The position numbers were made by a program, and so were the translations under genes. The notes beneath the pieces were generated by a model that saw nothing but the letters and a program-made list of their open reading frames with translations, was not told the origin of the DNA and did not search any database. A stretch of DNA of 32,000 nt from a cyanobacterium endosymbiont of Braarudosphaera bigelowii (GTDB taxonomy: Bacteria; Cyanobacteriota; Cyanobacteriia; Cyanobacteriales; Microcystaceae): the NCBI RefSeq assembly GCF_020885515.1, contig NZ_AP024987.1, positions 750,001 through 782,000 on the forward strand, in the 5' to 3' direction. Shown here in pieces: positions 9,606 to 18,971 of this stretch. Numbering within the stretch: the first letter of the stretch is position 1; each line of letters begins with the position of its first letter.

Positions 9606-11444
9606 ATGAGTAATATCATTCTTGACGTTTCTAATCTTCATGTTGAATTTTACGTTAATAGGGAACTAAATAAAATTGCTGTAGATGATATAAGTTTTCA
9701 ATTAGAGAGAGGAGATATACTAGGTATTGTTGGAGAGTCAGGTTCAGGTAAATCTGTTACATCTCTAGCTATTATGGGTCTAATTCAGAAATCCGGAAAA
9801 ATTACCTCGGATAGTAAAATAAAATATTATGTAACACAGCAAAATTATATTGAAACAACTAAATTAAATTCTAAGGAATGGACACAATATCGTGGCAAGA
9901 AAATTGCTATGATCTTTCAAGAACCTATGAGTTCATTTAATCCTTTATATACAATTGGTTATCAACTTCTTGAGGCTATTGAACTTCATCAAAATTTAAG
10001 TAAAAAAGAAGCCAAAAATAAAGCTATTGAATTATTGCAATATGTAAAAGTTTTAGAAGACGATATTACACTAGAAAAAAATTATCTTTCAGAAAAAACA
10101 CAGGTAAAAAAATCAACATTTTCTCCAAAAAATAACTTAGATCAGAAACAAGTTCAATCATATATAAAAGAACAAAAAGAAGCTTTTTTGCGACGTTATC
10201 CGCATGAACTTTCAGGAGGTCAGCTGCAGAGAGTTATGATTGCTATGGCCATTTCTTGCAAACCAGACATCCTAATCGCTGATGAACCAACAACAGCTCT
10301 TGATGTTACTATTCAGAAAGCTATTTTAAAATTACTACTAGGTCTGTGTAAACAAAATAATATATCTATGATTTTTATTTCTCACGATTTGGGTGTTATT
10401 AATGAAATTGCTGATAAAGTTTTGGTTATGTATAAAGGGAAAATAGTAGAGAGAGGAAAAAAGGATCAAATTCTTTATCATCCAAAACATTATTACACTA
10501 GAAGCCTAATAGCTTGTCTTCCTCCTCTAAAAACTAAAATAGATAGATTGCCTGTAATTTCAAATTTCTTTCATCACAAGGAAATAATCGATCCTTTTGA
10601 ACAAAATAATTTAATCAACAGAATAATTTCAGATAAAGAAATTGAAGATAGAGAAAAGGATGTTATTGATAAAAAAGTTTTATTATCAGTACGAAACTTA
10701 ACCGTTGAGTTTAATGAAGTTAAGGTACTTAACGATATAAATTTTGAAGTGTACACAGGTGAAACTTTAGGTTTAGTTGGTGAATCTGGCTGCGGAAAAT
10801 CAACTTTATCGAAAACAATTTTAAAGTTAATTAAAGCAAAACAAGGAAATATTTTATTTGATAAATACGAAATATTAAAGCTTTCAGATAATAGTAATTT
10901 TTTACGAAAATTAAGAAAAGATATACAAATTATTTTTCAAAATCCTTATAATTCTTTGAATCCACGCTTGACCGTTGGAGAAACAATTATGGAGCCAATG
11001 ATTATTCATAAAATAGAAAAAAAATACGCTAAGAGAAAAGAAATTGCTGAGACACTATTAAAATTAGTTGGTTTAGAAGAAATGAGCTTTGAGTGTTATC
11101 CTCAAGAGTTTTCAGGAGGTCAAAGGCAAAGAATATGTATTGCGAGAGCCTTAGCATTAAACCCTCGTTTTATTATTTGTGACGAGTCGGTATCTGCTTT
11201 AGATGTTTCTATCCAAGCACAAATTTTAAATCTTTTAAAAGAAATACAGCAAGAATTTAAGCTAACTTGTATTTTTATTTCTCATGATTTAAGTGTTGTA
11301 AGATTTATGAGTGATAGGATTATGGTAATGAAAAAGGGGGAAATTGTTGAATTGGGAACGACAGAAGAAATTATTAGTAATCCAAAAATAGAATATACAA
11401 AAGAGCTTCTTAATTCAGTTCCACAACTTTATAAAGATAAATAA
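9606..11444 (+). CDS. ABC transporter with two fused ATP-binding domains (oligopeptide/dipeptide DppD-DppF type)
   Basis: 612 aa with two nucleotide-binding domains: GESGSGKS...LSGGQLQRV...ILIADEPTTALDVT and GESGCGKST...FSGGQRQRICIARAL...FIICDESVSALDVS, plus the oligopeptide-type HPKHYYTRSLIACLP segment. Confidence 0.9.
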   Translation: MSNIILDVSNLHVEFYVNRELNKIAVDDISFQLERGDILGIVGESGSGKSVTSLAIMGLIQKSGKITSDSKIKYYVTQQNYIETTKLNSKEWTQYRGKKIAMIFQEPMSSFNPLYTIGYQLLEAIELHQNLSKKEAKNKAIELLQYVKVLEDDITLEKNYLSEKTQVKKSTFSPKNNLDQKQVQSYIKEQKEAFLRRYPHELSGGQLQRVMIAMAISCKPDILIADEPTTALDVTIQKAILKLLLGLCKQNNISMIFISHDLGVINEIADKVLVMYKGKIVERGKKDQILYHPKHYYTRSLIACLPPLKTKIDRLPVISNFFHHKEIIDPFEQNNLINRIISDKEIEDREKDVIDKKVLLSVRNLTVEFNEVKVLNDINFEVYTGETLGLVGESGCGKSTLSKTILKLIKAKQGNILFDKYEILKLSDNSNFLRKLRKDIQIIFQNPYNSLNPRLTVGETIMEPMIIHKIEKKYAKRKEIAETLLKLVGLEEMSFECYPQEFSGGQRQRICIARALALNPRFIICDESVSALDVSIQAQILNLLKEIQQEFKLTCIFISHDLSVVRFMSDRIMVMKKGEIVELGTTEEIISNPKIEYTKELLNSVPQLYKDK

Positions 11445-11638
11445 TCAATCCTACTTGTTATATAACAAGACTATAATTAAAAAAAAGAGATGAGTAAGAG
11501 CTACGTTATCTGCTAAATATCTGAATATAAATATTTTCTTCTAGTGAAAAAGATATAAATTAGATTGTTCTCTATCAAAGCGAAATAAAATTGATAATCA
11601 TACTTAATTTTTAGATAATTTTAGCTTAACATTTAATG

Positions 11639-11687
11639 TATTGGAAAGTTTTAATCTAATTTTTATATGGATTAAAACTTTCCAATA
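11639..11687. repeat. Perfect 18-bp inverted repeat with 13-nt loop
   Basis: TATTGGAAAGTTTTAATC (11639-11656) / TAATTTTTATATG loop / GATTAAAACTTTCCAATA (11670-11687). Read directly; intergenic. Confidence 0.9.
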
Positions 11688-11963
11688 ACGGTTAATTTTC
11701 TACACATTAATTCTGTTAATCAGTAAGCCATATCATACATGAATGATAAAGATTATTCCAAATAAAATCTAATTGATATAATTAGTATACTAATATTTAA
11801 TCTATAGTCACTTTTTGAATATAAAATAATTTTTTTAAAATCTATTAAGTTATCTTAAATATTATTTGAGTATAATTTAGCAAATATAATTGGTTATTAA
11901 GTAAAATATTTAAGATAGCTTCATACGAAAACATCTTCTCCATAAGAAATTTTTTTTAAAAAC

Positions 11964-13061
11964 ATGTTGAACAAAATTATATTTTTTTCTATAGTTTCTC
12001 TATTTTTTAGCTTTTCAGAAACTATTGCTTTTGGACTATCAACATCGCACGTAATTGCATCACAACAACCTATCGAAAGAAAACTTGATGATTTATTACG
12101 TCAAGGGCGAAAATATGCAGAAAATAAAGATTATCAAAAAGCAATTAATGCTTATAAGGAGGCATCCATCTTAGATAAAAATAACGCAAAAATATATTCT
12201 GGAATTGCCTATTTATACACACAACAGAAGAATTATCAGGCTGCTGCTCAATATTACAGAAAAGCACTTTCTATAGATTTAAGTAATGCAGATTTTTATT
12301 ATGCCTTAGGTCATAGTTTAGCCAATATTGGAGATAATGATAATGCAGCTACAGCGTACTACTATGCTGTGCAGCTTAATCCTAAGTCTGTGAAAAGTTA
12401 TATTGGGCTAGGCGTTGTACTTTTACGAAAAGAAGACTATGACGGAGCTGCTGAAGCTTATAAACGAGTTATTGCGTTAGATCCAAATAATCCTAATATA
12501 TTTTCTATTATGGGATCCTCTCTATTACAACAAAAAGAATTTAAACAAGCTGTTAAATATTTAAAAAATGCAGTTAAGCAGTTTCCACGTAATACTGAAT
12601 TAAGGCTTCTATTAGCTACTGCTCTATTACAAGAAGGTCAAATTTATTCAGGAAAAAAAGAGCTTAGAATAGCAGAAAAAATTGACCCTAGAAATTTAAA
12701 AATTCAGTTAAAAATTGCTGGCATATTGGAAGTTCAAAATAATTTAGAAGAAGCTTTGAAAATTTATAAACGTATATCTTATTTTAATCATAAATATTCA
12801 GAAGCTTATATGGGAATTGGGCGTATACAACTAGCACAAAAAGATTTCTTGGGAGCAACTATTACATACACAGATTTGATTAATATTATTCCTCAAAATC
12901 CTTTACCTTATTACTACTTAGGCCTTACCTTTAAAGAAAGAGAAAGAATAAAAGAAGCAGAAACAGCTTTAAAGGAAGCTCTGCAATTATATCAAAAATA
13001 TGACAACGCAAATGGTATACAAAAAACTAATGAACTACTAAAACAGCTTAATAAATTCTAA
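11964..13061 (+). CDS. Tetratricopeptide-repeat protein, probably exported
   Basis: 365 aa. N-terminal hydrophobic signal-like segment and successive TPR units such as ARIYSGIAYLYTQQKNYQAAAQYYRKALSIDLSNADFYYALGHSLANIGDNDNAATAYYYAVQLNP. Confidence 0.87.
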   Translation: MLNKIIFFSIVSLFFSFSETIAFGLSTSHVIASQQPIERKLDDLLRQGRKYAENKDYQKAINAYKEASILDKNNAKIYSGIAYLYTQQKNYQAAAQYYRKALSIDLSNADFYYALGHSLANIGDNDNAATAYYYAVQLNPKSVKSYIGLGVVLLRKEDYDGAAEAYKRVIALDPNNPNIFSIMGSSLLQQKEFKQAVKYLKNAVKQFPRNTELRLLLATALLQEGQIYSGKKELRIAEKIDPRNLKIQLKIAGILEVQNNLEEALKIYKRISYFNHKYSEAYMGIGRIQLAQKDFLGATITYTDLINIIPQNPLPYYYLGLTFKERERIKEAETALKEALQLYQKYDNANGIQKTNELLKQLNKF

Positions 13062-13190
13062 CAATATAAAGGTTGTTAGCACATTATATTGATCAAAATT
13101 TTTTTAAATAAGAACAAAAATTAAACATTACTTGTAATATAAAGTAGTGTTTAGATAATCAATACTATCCTCTTCTGCTGTCATGAAGTA

Positions 13191-13976
13191 ATGTATGAAC
13201 CAAGTAATGTGATAAAACTAAACTTTGTTGATTTAAGCTGGTCTTTTGGTATGATGGCTATCGCTATAGCCTTATCAAACTGGCAAGAATTAGGGTTGGA
13301 AAAACAATTATTACTTGCTACAGGAAGAGCTTTTCTCCAATTATTAGCTCTAGGATACTTAATTTCTACTATTTTTAACTTAAATCATCCTATTCCTATT
13401 TTAACTGTTCTTGGAGTAATGCTATTAATTGCTGCAAAGGTTACACAAGAGCGTATCGATTATAATGGAAGAAGCTTTTTTTTCATCATTTCAGGTTCTT
13501 TGTTAATCAGCAATTTATTTACTTTAAGCTATGTTTTTTATTTAATTATTCATCTTCAGGTTTGGTATTCTCCCCAATATCTTATTCCCCTTGCTGGAAT
13601 GATTCTCGGGAATGCTATGAATAGTGCAGCTTTGTCTGGGCAACATCTTATTAAGAGTATTCGACATAACCAACGTGAAATAGAAACGTATTTATGTCTC
13701 GGGGCTACTCCTAGGCAAGCAATTACTAGTTATAAACACGAATCTATACGTATTAGCTTAATTCCTATTTTAAATCAAATGATGGTAGTAGGTATTGTTA
13801 GTTTACCTGAAATGTTTGCTGGACAGGTTTTAGGAGGATCTAACCCTTCTGACGCTTCTTCTCATCAAATCTTAATTCTTTTTATGATTGTTTTAACTAA
13901 TATGTTAACTTCTATTTTGGTAACAGAAGGAGTTTATAGACAGTGTTTTAATGAAAATTCACAACTAACAATTTAA
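13191..13976 (+). CDS. ABC-type permease of the UPF0014/FetB (YbbM) family
   Basis: 261 aa multi-helix protein. LLLATGRAFLQLLALGYLI, LIPLAGMILGNAMNSAALSG, E.YLCLGATPRQA, NQMMVVGIVSLPEMFAGQVLGGSNP..A..HQILILFMI are family hallmarks. Confidence 0.88.
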   Translation: MYEPSNVIKLNFVDLSWSFGMMAIAIALSNWQELGLEKQLLLATGRAFLQLLALGYLISTIFNLNHPIPILTVLGVMLLIAAKVTQERIDYNGRSFFFIISGSLLISNLFTLSYVFYLIIHLQVWYSPQYLIPLAGMILGNAMNSAALSGQHLIKSIRHNQREIETYLCLGATPRQAITSYKHESIRISLIPILNQMMVVGIVSLPEMFAGQVLGGSNPSDASSHQILILFMIVLTNMLTSILVTEGVYRQCFNENSQLTI

Positions 13977-14009
13977 CTTTTCATATAAAAAATTTCAAAG
14001 AACTTAATT

Positions 14010-15197
14010 ATGCATTATATTGTTGTTTCAATTATTTGTCTTTCTATAGTTGCATGGATATATCTACTATTATTCAGAGGAGGATTTTGGCTAAATAATG
14101 AAAAAATCGATAAAAGTTCATATCATCTTAATAATTACCCTTCTGTCTGTGCAATAGTACCGGCTAGAAATGAGGCTACATTTATTTCTACAAGCTTAAA
14201 ATCTCTTTTAGAACAGAATTATTCAGGTAATTTTTCCATTATTTTAGTTGATGATCAAAGCACTGATAATACAAAAAATATAGCTAAGGAAAGTGTGAAA
14301 AATTGCAGTAATTCGAATAATTTGCATATCATTTCTGGGGTACCTCTTATAAGTAATTGGTCAGGGAAATTATGGGCAATAAAACAAGGAATTGATAAGG
14401 CTAATCAACTAAAAAATAAGCCAGATTATTTTCTTTTAACTGATGCAGACATTGAACACCATAAAAATAATTTAGAAGAACTTGTTACTAAAGCAAAAAG
14501 AGAAAATTTAGCTTTAGTTTCATTAATGGTGAAATTAAAATGTGAAAGTCTATGGGAAAAACTATTAATTCCTGCATTTATATTTTTCTTTAAAAAGCTT
14601 TATCCTTTTGCTTGGGTTAATAACTATTATAAAAAAACTGCTGCTGCTGCTGGGGGTTGTATACTAATTAGTCGATCTATCTTAGAGGAAATTGGTGGTG
14701 TCGAAGTACTTAGAGAAACTTTAATTGATGATTGTTCTTTAGCAGCTTTTGTTAAGAAAAAATTGAGAGACAATAAGAAATATGCTAACCAAGGAATTTG
14801 GCTGGGATTAAGTGAAGAAACGCTTAGTTTACGTTCTTATGATAGGCTAGAACCTATATGGAATATGGTAGCAAGAACCGCTTATACTCAATTGAACCAT
14901 TCTCCGTTTATGTTAGTAGGAACACTAGTAGGCTTAGTATTTATATACTTAATAGGGCCAGTTGGCTTTACATATGGGTTACTAGTCCATGATGAAACCT
15001 TAATAGTTCTTGGAATAATTAATTGGTTTTTAATGACCGTTGCTTATATGCCGACTATTATGTTATATGAGTGTTCTCCTTTATGGGCATTAAGTTTACC
15101 ATTTATAACCTCTCTGTATGCTGCAATGACTTTTGACTCAGCTTTAAACTACTGGAGAGGAAAAGGTGGAAGATGGAAAGGTAGAACTTATAGCTAA
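14010..15197 (+). CDS. hpnB: GT2-family glycosyltransferase, HpnB-like (hopene-associated)
   Basis: 395 aa. VCAIVPARNEATFISTSLKSLLEQNY, ILVDDQSTDNT, GKLWAIKQGID, FLLTDADIEH, and C-terminal FAWVNN...TAAAAGGCILISR..LEEIGGVEVLRETLIDDCSLA typical of HpnB. Confidence 0.78.
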   Translation: MHYIVVSIICLSIVAWIYLLLFRGGFWLNNEKIDKSSYHLNNYPSVCAIVPARNEATFISTSLKSLLEQNYSGNFSIILVDDQSTDNTKNIAKESVKNCSNSNNLHIISGVPLISNWSGKLWAIKQGIDKANQLKNKPDYFLLTDADIEHHKNNLEELVTKAKRENLALVSLMVKLKCESLWEKLLIPAFIFFFKKLYPFAWVNNYYKKTAAAAGGCILISRSILEEIGGVEVLRETLIDDCSLAAFVKKKLRDNKKYANQGIWLGLSEETLSLRSYDRLEPIWNMVARTAYTQLNHSPFMLVGTLVGLVFIYLIGPVGFTYGLLVHDETLIVLGIINWFLMTVAYMPTIMLYECSPLWALSLPFITSLYAAMTFDSALNYWRGKGGRWKGRTYS

Positions 15198-15256
15198 GAA
15201 GTTAAGAACTATTCTCTAGAGATACATTTGTTGATGATTATTAAATACATACAATA

Positions 15257-15329
15257 CGCGCCCTGGAGGACTTGAACCCCCGACATCAGGTTTTGGAGAC
15301 CTGCGTTCTACCAACTGAACTAAGAGCGC
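15257..15329 (-). tRNA. trnW: tRNA-Trp (anticodon CCA)
   Basis: Reverse complement GCGCTCTTAGTTCAGTTGGTAGAACGCAGGTCTCCAAAACCTGATGTCGGGGGTTCAAGTCCTCCAGGGCGCG folds as a cloverleaf: acceptor GCGCTCT/AGGGCGC, anticodon stem CAGGT/ACCTG with loop CTCCAAA, T-loop TTCAAGT. No encoded 3' CCA. Confidence 0.97.
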
Positions 15330-15424
15330 ATGGTTCGTGCCATAGTTAAATAACTTCCCACACTCTCTAATTATAGCGTAGTTTAGTCTGACTGTGTTTA
15401 GCTATGTGCACCATTTTAAAAAAA

Positions 15425-15787
15425 TTAAATAGGACGATCAAAACGTTGACGAATTCTAGTAGCTTTTCCTACACGATCACGTAAGTAATAAAGCTTGGCT
15501 CGGCGAACTTTTCCTCGACTAACAATTTTAATATTTGCAATACGTGGAGAATGAAGTAAGAAAACTCTTTCTACTCCAACTCCTTGAAAAGTTTTACGAA
15601 CAGTAATAGTTTCATTAATACCACCATTTCGCATTGCTATAACAACACCTTCATAGGGTTGAACTCGTTCCTTTCCCCCTTCTGAGATACGTACACTGAC
15701 ACGAATAGAATCGCCGACATTAATCTCAGGAAGGTTATCCTTCAAATATTTAGATTCTATACTTTTAATAATTTCTTGGGCATTCAT
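15425..15787 (-). CDS. rplS: 50S ribosomal protein L19
   Basis: 120 aa. [91 protein letters not shown]. Confidence 0.97.
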   Translation of the reverse strand: MNAQEIIKSIESKYLKDNLPEINVGDSIRVSVRISEGGKERVQPYEGVVIAMRNGGINETITVRKTFQGVGVERVFLLHSPRIANIKIVSRGKVRRAKLYYLRDRVGKATRIRQRFDRPI

Positions 15788-15847
15788 AGTTTTAGTAAAA
15801 ACTCACAGAATACCATAGTAATTTATTTCTTATTTAAAATCAATGTA

Positions 15848-16510
15848 TTAAAATTCAATTCCTGCTTGAGCTTTAATTTTTTGTTCCCTAAAAGGATGTT
15901 TTACTAAACTCATCTCAGTTACTAGATCAGCAATTTTCACTATTTCAGGAAGTGCATTTCTTCCTGTGAGTATAACATGAGTATTTTTAGGTTTGTTTTC
16001 AAGAGCATTAATTATCACTTGCGGTTTTAAATAACCTAACCTTAAGACAATATTTATTTCATCAAGGAGTACCAATTGATAATTAGAATTATTGATATAG
16101 GATAAACCTTTTTCCCATGCTTCTTCGGCTTTACAAATATCTCTCTCACGATCTTGAGTATCCCATGTAAATCCCTCTCCCATAGCATGAAATTGAAGTT
16201 GTTGCTCAAAGATTCTTAAAATATTTTTTTCTGCAGGTTCCCAAGCACCTTTAATAAATTGAATAATAGCTACATTAAACCCATGTCCTAGAGAACGTAA
16301 AACCATACCCAAGGCGGCAGTCGTTTTACCTTTGCCGTTCCCTGTATTAACAATAATTAGTCCTTTTTTATTTGAAGCCTCAACAAGACGTTCCTGCTGA
16401 ACTTCTTTACGTTGCCGCATTTTTTTTTGATACTGTTCTGTAGAAAGTTTATTTTCATTCATCATATAAACTAAACAATCCTCTAAAAAAACTTTAGGTT
16501 TATTTATCAT
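15848..16510 (-). CDS. cobO: Cob(I)yrinic acid a,c-diamide adenosyltransferase
   Basis: KKGLIIVNTGNGKGKTTAALGMVLRSLGHGFNVAIIQFIKGAW..E and LVLLDEINIVLRLGYL, VILTGRNA...ADLVTEM..VKHPF. Real start may be internal (MMNENKLSTEQYQKKM). Confidence 0.93.
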   Translation of the reverse strand: MINKPKVFLEDCLVYMMNENKLSTEQYQKKMRQRKEVQQERLVEASNKKGLIIVNTGNGKGKTTAALGMVLRSLGHGFNVAIIQFIKGAWEPAEKNILRIFEQQLQFHAMGEGFTWDTQDRERDICKAEEAWEKGLSYINNSNYQLVLLDEINIVLRLGYLKPQVIINALENKPKNTHVILTGRNALPEIVKIADLVTEMSLVKHPFREQKIKAQAGIEF

Positions 16511-17084
16511 AGCCTAAATCATAGGCGTAATGTCTAACTATATGAGTTTCAATTACAGTAATGAAACATTTTCAAAAATATATAACTTCCTGTAGAAACT
16601 TAGTTATCTTGATTAATATAAAATAAAACTTAAAAAAAAATTTCTTTGTAGTGAAATCATTAGTATTTATGATTCTTCACAAATTCTACAAATATGAAAA
16701 TTTGCATATTTTTTATACAACTTTTTTAGCTTATAGTAAAGTATGATTTCTCAAATAAGATAGATACATCGTAATCCGAGTCAACTTTATCAGAAAAGTA
16801 AATAAATTTATAATACTAAGAAGTATTGCTTAATTATATCTAGTAAACTTTGTTAATCTCTTATCAAGAGTATTCTATAGAATAATTTGAAGTTATTTTT
16901 AAATATAAAAAATCTACATTTTTTATATTTTATACTTCACTATTTCTTAATAACTAACAAAAAAGCTTTATGGTTTTTCTAGGAACATAGTAATAAAATA
17001 TCAAAGATTAACCAAAAAAATTAACTAGTTATTTTAGGTACAATCATTGATAATCAATTAATTAGCTAGAAATATATAAAAAAT

Positions 17085-18971
17085 ATGTGCGGAATCATTG
17101 GATATGTTGGAACGCAGGCAGCAACAGAAATTTTGATCGGTGGATTAGAAAGGTTAGAATATAGAGGGTATGATTCAGCAGGAATTGCAACAGTTTTTGA
17201 AGGAAACATGTTTTGTACTAAAGCTAAAGGAAAACTGTATAACTTACGAGAAAAGTTAGAAAGAGAAAGCAATTTTTCTAAAGTTGGCATTGGTCATACT
17301 CGCTGGGCTACACATGGAAAACCTGAAGAATATAATGCTCATCCTCATATTAATAGCTTAAAACAAATAGCTGTAGTACAAAATGGTATTGTTGAGAATC
17401 ATCAAGAGTTACGAGAAAAATTAATAGATGATGGTTATCAGTTTACGTCACAAACTGATACTGAGGTTATACCCCACTTAATAGCTAAATATATTTCTAA
17501 AGAAATGAGCCACGACAGCTTGTTAAATGCAGTTAAAAAAGCTATTGATTGTCTGAATGGATCCTTTGCGATTGCCGTTATTTGTGCAGATTTTCCTGAT
17601 GAAATAATAGTAGCGAGAAACCAAGCTCCTCTGATTATTGGTTTTGGACAAGGAGAATTTTTTTGTGCCTCTGATGTAACAGCGATTGTTCCTCATACCA
17701 ATACAGTGTTATCTCTAGAAAATAAAGAAATTGCTCGTCTTACACCTCTTGGAGTTGAAGTTTACAATTTTGAATTGCAGCGTCTTAAAAAATTACCCCG
17801 TACTCTTGATTGGAATATTGGGACAGTTGAGAAGCAAGGATTTCGTCATTTCATGCTTAAAGAAATTTATGAGCAACCTTCTGTCGTAAGAAGTTGTCTA
17901 GAAAATTACTTAGATCCTAATTGGAACATAGAAAATATTTATAATAGTAGTCCTATTACATTAGGCAATGCTGTCAAGTTATGTAGTAATGTTGATCATA
18001 TACAGATTGTAGCTTGTGGTACTAGCTGGAATGCAAGCTTGGTTGGAAAATATTTATTAGAGCAGCTAGCAGGGATTCCAACAATGGTTCAGTATGCATC
18101 AGAGTTCCGTTACTTCCCTTCTCCTATATTAGCAAATACTCTAACTATCGGAGTAACACAGTCAGGTGAAACAGCTGACACCCTAGCTGCATTAGAAATG
18201 GAAAAGCAACGTAGAATGGGTTTGGAATTTCCTTATGATGCAAGAATTTTAGGTATTACCAATCGTCCTGAAAGCACTTTGACTCACATGGTAGATTGTA
18301 TAATTAATACTCATGCAGGTGTCGAAATCGGGGTGGCAGCAACCAAAAGTTTTGTAGCTCAGTTAATGGGATTTTATTTTTTAGCATTAGAGCTAGCATA
18401 TCGTCGTAAAACGTTAAGTTTAGAAGAAATTGAAGTACTTATTAAAGGCTTAAGGAAATTGCCCAGTCAAATCGAAATAATTCTAGAAAAGCAAGGAGAA
18501 CAGATTCAAGAATTGTCTCATAATTTTTGTGATACTCAAGACTTTATTTTTCTAGGTAGAGGGATAAATTTTCCAATTGCCTTAGAAGGGGCTTTAAAGT
18601 TAAAAGAAATTAGCTATATACATGCAGAAGGCTATCCAGCAGGAGAAATGAAACATGGACCTATAGCCTTATTAGATGCAAAAGTACCTGTTGTGGCAAT
18701 TACTATGCCTGGAATTGTACATGATAAAGTCCTATCTAATGCTCAGGAAGCAAGAGCAAGAGATGCACATTTGATAGGTGTTACATCTCTTGATGATACA
18801 GAAGCCAGATCAATATTTAATGATTTGTTATTTGTACCTGAAGTAGATGAAATATTGTCGCCTATTGTATCAGTAATACCTTTACAATTATTAGCATATC
18901 ATATCGCAGCTAAACGAGGTTTAGATGTTGATCAACCTCGTAATTTAGCTAAATCTGTTACTGTTGAGTAA
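17085..18971 (+). CDS. glmS: Glutamine--fructose-6-phosphate aminotransferase (isomerizing)
   Basis: 628 aa. MCGIIGYVG with Cys2 nucleophile, ERLEYRGYDSAG, GHTRWATHGKP, two SIS domains (CGTSWNASLVGKY, SQSGETADTL), C-terminal DQPRNLAKSVTVE. Confidence 0.98.
   Translation: MCGIIGYVGTQAATEILIGGLERLEYRGYDSAGIATVFEGNMFCTKAKGKLYNLREKLERESNFSKVGIGHTRWATHGKPEEYNAHPHINSLKQIAVVQNGIVENHQELREKLIDDGYQFTSQTDTEVIPHLIAKYISKEMSHDSLLNAVKKAIDCLNGSFAIAVICADFPDEIIVARNQAPLIIGFGQGEFFCASDVTAIVPHTNTVLSLENKEIARLTPLGVEVYNFELQRLKKLPRTLDWNIGTVEKQGFRHFMLKEIYEQPSVVRSCLENYLDPNWNIENIYNSSPITLGNAVKLCSNVDHIQIVACGTSWNASLVGKYLLEQLAGIPTMVQYASEFRYFPSPILANTLTIGVTQSGETADTLAALEMEKQRRMGLEFPYDARILGITNRPESTLTHMVDCIINTHAGVEIGVAATKSFVAQLMGFYFLALELAYRRKTLSLEEIEVLIKGLRKLPSQIEIILEKQGEQIQELSHNFCDTQDFIFLGRGINFPIALEGALKLKEISYIHAEGYPAGEMKHGPIALLDAKVPVVAITMPGIVHDKVLSNAQEARARDAHLIGVTSLDDTEARSIFNDLLFVPEVDEILSPIVSVIPLQLLAYHIAAKRGLDVDQPRNLAKSVTVE

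Noticed and set aside
10574-10756. 60-aa Ser/Leu-rich ORF on the minus strand inside the ABC gene
   Set aside because: Low-complexity antisense ORF over a conserved NBD.
11454-11469. CTTGTTATATAACAAG, a perfect 16-nt palindrome just after the ABC gene
   Set aside because: Arms this short are expected about once by chance in a window this AT-rich, and it lacks a following T-tract on the coding strand.
16511-17084. 574-bp spacer between the divergent cobO and glmS genes, checked for a missed small gene such as psaC or a tRNA
   Set aside because: No ORF with recognisable motifs, no ferredoxin-type CxxCxxC pattern and no tRNA T-loop consensus seen.
17066-17290. 74-aa ORF on the minus strand over the glmS start
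   Set aside because: Antisense to the highly conserved GlmS N-terminus.
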